From the NCBI GenBank assembly GCA_049517415.1, contig JBEKSC010000007.1, positions 1 through 64,000 on the forward strand: a stretch of 64,000 bases of DNA. Reading direction: 5' to 3'. Position 1 is the stretch's first letter. Every line of letters starts with the position of its first letter. The stretch comes from Candidatus Bathyarchaeia archaeon (GTDB lineage Archaea > Thermoproteota > Bathyarchaeia > 40CM-2-53-6). The notes below the pieces were generated by a model that was not told the DNA's origin, made no database searches, and saw nothing but the letters and a program-made list of their open reading frames with translations. Positions 59,999-64,000 of this stretch are shown here, piece after piece. Both the position numbers and the translations under genes were made by a program.

Positions 59999-60211
59999 AT
60001 GAGCTTAGACAGCACCGTCGGAGTAGCCAAGATAGGAACGAAGTCACTCAGGGCAACCGTTCCAGAAGGAATCGTTGCCTACTTGAACATACAAGCTGGC
60101 GACAAACTCCTATGGACAATGGAAAACAACGAAACCGGAGAAAGAATCGCCATAGTCCGAAAAGCAAAGACCGCGCCATCATTTGAGAAGCCGTTCAAGA
60201 AACACAAGTGA
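59999..60211 (+). CDS. AbrB/MazE-type DNA-binding protein
   Basis: SLRATVP.GIV..L.I..GD.L.W. Confidence 0.85.
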   Translation: MSLDSTVGVAKIGTKSLRATVPEGIVAYLNIQAGDKLLWTMENNETGERIAIVRKAKTAPSFEKPFKKHK

Positions 60212-60810
60212 AAACAATGTCTGAAGAAGAATGGCGTGACCTGTTACCTTCCGAAGAAGAACGTAAACTCTTAGACCCAATAGCCGAAAAGTACACCACT
60301 CAGAAACTGAGAATCCTTGACGAAGAGGAATCACGTACCCGATTAGGCAAACTTGCGGATTTCTTATCAGGTCCGAGTTTAGACGAGTTACCATTTAATT
60401 TTGCCAACGCCGTGAAAGAATATCTCCGTCTCAACCATGTTGTCAAGATGCGAGCACGAACCTATGAGCAATATCCAAAAAACTCGGACTCAATAGAAGC
60501 GATAGAAGCGAAGAATTCGGTGATGCAATCCGTACTCAGTCTCCGCCAAGTAACTACTGAATTTAACAGGCTATACTATCAAGCCCTTGCGGAGCATAGA
60601 GTGGATGAAGGCTTTGGCAAAGAGTTGGAAGACCTTCGAGCCACAAAGATAGAACTTACAGCGCAAAACGAAGTATTACAGAAGAAATTGCGAGATGCTC
60701 AACATTGGACCAGACAACTTGAGACTTACATAAGAGCGCATAATGGAAATCCAGACGAAGCACGCGATTTGCCGGGTGATGTTGAAGAGGGTGGTGAGCC
60801 GCATGAGTGA
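60208..60810 (+). CDS. Transposon passenger: coiled-coil hypothetical protein
   Basis: Overlaps the AbrB stop; heptad-like C-terminal region. Confidence 0.7.
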   Translation: MKTMSEEEWRDLLPSEEERKLLDPIAEKYTTQKLRILDEEESRTRLGKLADFLSGPSLDELPFNFANAVKEYLRLNHVVKMRARTYEQYPKNSDSIEAIEAKNSVMQSVLSLRQVTTEFNRLYYQALAEHRVDEGFGKELEDLRATKIELTAQNEVLQKKLRDAQHWTRQLETYIRAHNGNPDEARDLPGDVEEGGEPHE

Positions 60811-61261
60811 TGTCGAAAATGTTGGAAGGTGCCCTCGGTGTCGAGCATTCTTAACCTCTGAACAAGTAGGCACTCATAAGTGTCATATTCCAATCAGAGG
60901 CACAGCAGAAATTTACCTTGACTGGATTGCTGACGGATTCATCGACGAAAATGAGGATTTTGTTAGAATGGCAACGAGCATAAAGGGAATCCTATACAGC
61001 GTCATTTTGTGCAAGCATAACCCACCGCACAGCCTTGAGTCCCGACTGTTAACACACGTAAAAAGTCCCGAAGACAGAACAGAACCTGTAACATCCAAAC
61101 ATAAATATCAGTACAAGAGATTTGCACAGCTCAAAATTACCGTGGTAATCTGTATTGCAATCATTCGTGCTACGTGTCGCGCCCAAACTGTCTGCCTTAG
61201 TCGGACTGTGCCTCTTCTACTTCTCGATACCATTCGCTTTCGCTCAGTCCTCGCAAGTTGA
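60803..61261 (+). CDS. Transposon passenger: Zn-finger protein whose frame runs out through the right TIR
   Basis: ATG 60803; CPRC...H.C; no stop before the TIR (..DRTEP at 61086). Confidence 0.6.
   Translation: MSDVENVGRCPRCRAFLTSEQVGTHKCHIPIRGTAEIYLDWIADGFIDENEDFVRMATSIKGILYSVILCKHNPPHSLESRLLTHVKSPEDRTEPVTSKHKYQYKRFAQLKITVVICIAIIRATCRAQTVCLSRTVPLLLLDTIRFRSVLAS
61087..61094 (+). repeat. Right 8-bp target-site duplication TGTAACAT
   Basis: Identical to 57766-57773. Confidence 0.9.
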
Positions 61262-61388
61262 GACGGAAAGGGCGCTGTTTAACCAGATTCTGATAATAGG
61301 AATAATCGTAGGCATAGTAGTATTTGGCCTTCTGTTCTACGCCATTATCAGGTTCAGAGAGAAACCGCATCAGGCTGGTGAGAAGTAA
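61155..61388 (+). CDS. Cytochrome c oxidase subunit II N-terminal part (signal + first TM helix)
   Basis: Signal ending AFA|Q, then LF..ILIIGIIVGIVVFGLLFYAIIRFR, as in helix I of CoxB. Confidence 0.7.
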   Translation: MQSFVLRVAPKLSALVGLCLFYFSIPFAFAQSSQVETERALFNQILIIGIIVGIVVFGLLFYAIIRFREKPHQAGEK

Positions 61389-61864
61389 TGGTTTCGAAAA
61401 CACATGCCATAGAAATTCTCTCAATCATTATCACTTCAGCGGTCCTAGCCTACATAGGTGTGATCGCCGGTATTTCGCTGATAGCAGTGGACACTCCCCC
61501 TCAGCAGGAAGGAGCACTTCACGTGAAGGTTATCGCGCGCCAATTCTATTGGACGTTTCAATATGCGCCCGGTAGCTCGATCACCTTCCCCAACGGAACA
61601 ACCATTGAATACCCCAATGGAACCTCCATACAGAACACACTCTATGTTAAGGCCGGACAAGTAGTAGACTTAGAGATAGTTTCTGACGATGTTGCACACA
61701 GCTTCTTCATCCCGCAGTTGGGAGTCCACATTGATGCCATCCCGGGACACGATAACCATTACTGGCTGAGAGCAGACAGCCCTGGGCAGTACCTTATTGA
61801 ATGTACCCAGTTTTGTGGCACGGGACACTACACCATGATAGGCCAACTAGTCGCAGTTGCATAA
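61388..61864 (+). CDS. coxB: Cytochrome c oxidase subunit II (second TM helix + CuA domain)
   Basis: VIARQFYWTFQY, DVAHSFFIPQLG..DAIPG, CTQFCGTGHYTM CuA motif. Confidence 0.93.
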   Translation: MVSKTHAIEILSIIITSAVLAYIGVIAGISLIAVDTPPQQEGALHVKVIARQFYWTFQYAPGSSITFPNGTTIEYPNGTSIQNTLYVKAGQVVDLEIVSDDVAHSFFIPQLGVHIDAIPGHDNHYWLRADSPGQYLIECTQFCGTGHYTMIGQLVAVA

Positions 61865-61880
61865 CGGAGTGTAGCGAACT

Positions 61881-63368
61881 TTGCAGGAAGTGGTTGAAGA
61901 GAAACCGAAACAAACACCAGCATTCTATTTAAGCTTGAAAGGAATTCTCACAACAACACACCACACGGACATTGGGATTCTATACATTTGCACTTCATTC
62001 TTCTTCTTTCTCCTAGGCGGCGTCGCGGCGCTGCTCATCAGAACCCAACTGGCCGAACCAGGAAACGCGGTTGTAACACCTGAGATATACGACAGCCTCT
62101 TCACAACCCACGGCACAACGATGATTTTCCTTTGGGTAATCCCCTGCCTCGTAGGCTTCGGAAACTACTTGGTGCCCAAACTAATCGGTGCTAAGGACAT
62201 GTACTTCCCCAGGTTGAACGCTCTTAGCTACTGGCTGCTTCCCGTCGGCGGTGCTCTGATCTGGGCCGGATTGCCTGACGCTGGGTGGAGCGGCTACGCA
62301 CCTCTGTCAGTTTATTCCCCTGGTTACGGAATTGATCTCTGGCTTCTGGGCCTCATTGTGCTAGGCGTCTCGTCGATGTTGGGTGCCATAAATTTCATAG
62401 TAACAATCTACAGGCTCCGCGGCCCCGGCGTTATGTTCAGAAATATGTCGCTTTTCGTTTGGATGATTCTGGTAAACTCCTTCTTGGTTATTGGTGCGAC
62501 CCCCGTCCTCTCAGCCGCGTTGGTTATGCTTCTTTCCGACCGAAACTTGGGAACAGGATTTTTCCTACCTAAATTAGGTGGTGATCCACTTTTGTGGCAA
62601 CACATGTTCTGGTTCTTCGGCCACCCCGAAGTATACATAATGATAATTCCCGCATTCGGCCTCATATCCGAAATTATACCAATAATGTGCCACAAGAAAA
62701 TATTCGGCTATGGAATGGTCGCCGGGTCCGGAATAATGATAGGTGTTTTCGGGTTCGGCGTGTGGGCGCACCACATGTTCACATCGGGATTATCGATAAC
62801 TGCTAGATTCCCCTTCATGGCAATGACTCTCGCTATTGCCGTCCCCTCTGGAATCAAGGTGTTCAACTGGATCGGTACCATGCTGGGAGGACGTATCAGT
62901 CTCAAGGTGCCGATGAAATATGCCATAGCATTTATCTCTACTTTCTTCTTCGCCGGTGCCACAGGCGTCTTTCAAGCAGCGATCCCGGTGGACTACTTAC
63001 TTCATGACACCTACTGGGTTGTCGGCCACATTCACTTGATGCTCTTGGGCGCTTCAACTCAGGCCATTTTCGCCGCATTGTACTTTTACTTCCCCTACAT
63101 GTCGGGGAGAATGTATAACGAGCGTTGGGGGAACATTCAATTCGTCATAACGGAAGTCGGCATTTACATGCTCTTCTCAATGATGTTGCTTCTCGGGTTG
63201 GAGGGAATGCCCCGGCGGTGGTACACTTACCCAATCCAATACGCAACGCCGAACCTTCTAGCTAGCGTATCGGGTTTTCTTATAGGAATAGGCGTAATCA
63301 TTATGGTCGTTAATCTGGTTTTCAGTTGGCTTCGCGGGCCACAAGTAACCGGGGATCCATGGCCTTGA
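61881..63368 (+). CDS. coxA: Heme-copper oxidase subunit I, A1 type
   Basis: THG..MIF, DMYFPRLN (D-channel), WFFGHPEVY, WAHHMF, PSGIKVF (K-channel), HDTYWVVGHIH, GMPRR. Confidence 0.96.
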   Translation: MQEVVEEKPKQTPAFYLSLKGILTTTHHTDIGILYICTSFFFFLLGGVAALLIRTQLAEPGNAVVTPEIYDSLFTTHGTTMIFLWVIPCLVGFGNYLVPKLIGAKDMYFPRLNALSYWLLPVGGALIWAGLPDAGWSGYAPLSVYSPGYGIDLWLLGLIVLGVSSMLGAINFIVTIYRLRGPGVMFRNMSLFVWMILVNSFLVIGATPVLSAALVMLLSDRNLGTGFFLPKLGGDPLLWQHMFWFFGHPEVYIMIIPAFGLISEIIPIMCHKKIFGYGMVAGSGIMIGVFGFGVWAHHMFTSGLSITARFPFMAMTLAIAVPSGIKVFNWIGTMLGGRISLKVPMKYAIAFISTFFFAGATGVFQAAIPVDYLLHDTYWVVGHIHLMLLGASTQAIFAALYFYFPYMSGRMYNERWGNIQFVITEVGIYMLFSMMLLLGLEGMPRRWYTYPIQYATPNLLASVSGFLIGIGVIIMVVNLVFSWLRGPQVTGDPWP

Positions 63369-63820
63369 AGCTCACACCCTTTCGCGGTTTATCGCTAGCA
63401 ACAGCAGTCTCCGTGTACATCCTGATCGTGATTGGCGGAATTGTGTCTTCCACTGGCTCCGGACTAGCATGCCCCGATTGGCCCTTATGCAGAGGCCAAG
63501 TGGTTCCCGCGCTCACGCTTAGCGTGCTAATCGAGTTCACACATAGAGTTTGGACGATTGTCGTTACTGTCTTAGTCGTAGCGACGCTGCTCTTTGCTTG
63601 GAGCAAGTACCGCTGGCCCAGCAAGCTAACAAAACTTTCGACCCTTACTTTCGGTTTGCTACTCTGTCAGATTATTCTCGGGATGATAACGGTAGACACA
63701 AGGACACTTCCGGCAGCTGTCACGGCGCACCTTGCTGTGGCGACGTTAGTGTTCGCTAGCGCGTTGACAACAACTGTCACCGCAATGTTATTCGACTCAA
63801 GAGGGACCGTTGCTTCATGA
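63359..63820 (+). CDS. ctaA: Heme A synthase (COX15/CtaA), half-size form
   Basis: GG.V..TGSGLACPDWPLC.G, EFTHR, Q..LG..TV, H...A; only four TM helices. Confidence 0.88.
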   Translation: MALKLTPFRGLSLATAVSVYILIVIGGIVSSTGSGLACPDWPLCRGQVVPALTLSVLIEFTHRVWTIVVTVLVVATLLFAWSKYRWPSKLTKLSTLTFGLLLCQIILGMITVDTRTLPAAVTAHLAVATLVFASALTTTVTAMLFDSRGTVAS

Positions 63821-63906
63821 CTAAGGAGCAAGTTGTCGTGATCGCATTTACGATAACAGCAATCGCTGTGGTTTCGGTTATTCTGCGTGCGGTCTTGACT
63901 AGGTAG
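63817..63906 (+). CDS. 29-aa single-TM peptide at the end of the cox operon
   Basis: ATGA overlap with the ctaA stop; MTKEQVVVIAFTITAIAVVSVILRAVLTR. Confidence 0.5.
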   Translation: MTKEQVVVIAFTITAIAVVSVILRAVLTR

Positions 63907-64000
63907 CTGAGCCTAGCTCGAAGCGGAAGGAACGCTTTCCGCTGAGCTTGCCAGTAAGGCCAGCAACTCTCTCATTGAATCGATTGAGAGATGCAAAATC

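Larger units (their letters stand above)
57774..61086. mobile_element. IS6-like cargo transposon (3313 bp)
   Basis: TIRs start GGTTCTGTT (19/23 match between 57774-57796 and 61064-61086); 8-bp TSD; DDE transposase plus four passenger ORFs. Confidence 0.92.

Noticed and set aside
1..64000. CRISPR array or cas genes
   Set aside because: No regularly spaced repeats with unique spacers, and no Cas motifs were recognised.

Overview
Archaeal chromosomal window. It most likely comes from a TACK-group archaeon, and a Bathyarchaeia-like origin is my inference from gene style and the PolB3/integrase types. 1-29.7 kb is mostly housekeeping: thiolase/DUF35, a free-standing 5S rRNA, map, trpS-pheS-pheT-tyrS, a bacterial-type (class I) GAPDH, dnaG, a PolB3 split by an in-frame TAG, rimI, rps11, glyA, aRF1, pyrH, cutA, an S2P protease, a tRNA thiolase, SRP RNA and rps7-tuf-rps10. 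A tRNA-Leu(CAA) with two BHB introns (29750-29931) is the target of a ~7.5 kb integrated island (28-bp att repeat at 37452-37479). The island carries a broken tyrosine integrase and a set of secreted proteins (M6 protease, two Ig-like surface proteins). Next is a metal/K+ homeostasis block (CDF-like protein, MntH, ABC transporter, KdpABC, Lrp domain, PhoU) and miscellaneous metabolic genes. The clearest unusual element is a 3.3 kb IS6-like cargo transposon (57774-61086). It has a SWIM-finger DDE transposase, bipartite terminal inverted repeats and a perfect 8-bp target duplication (TGTAACAT), and it sits just upstream of an A1-type heme-copper oxidase operon whose subunit II is split into two genes. 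An unexplained ~140-nt structured element lies between pheT and tyrS. No CRISPR array was seen. All calls come from motif recognition by eye; no searches were run.
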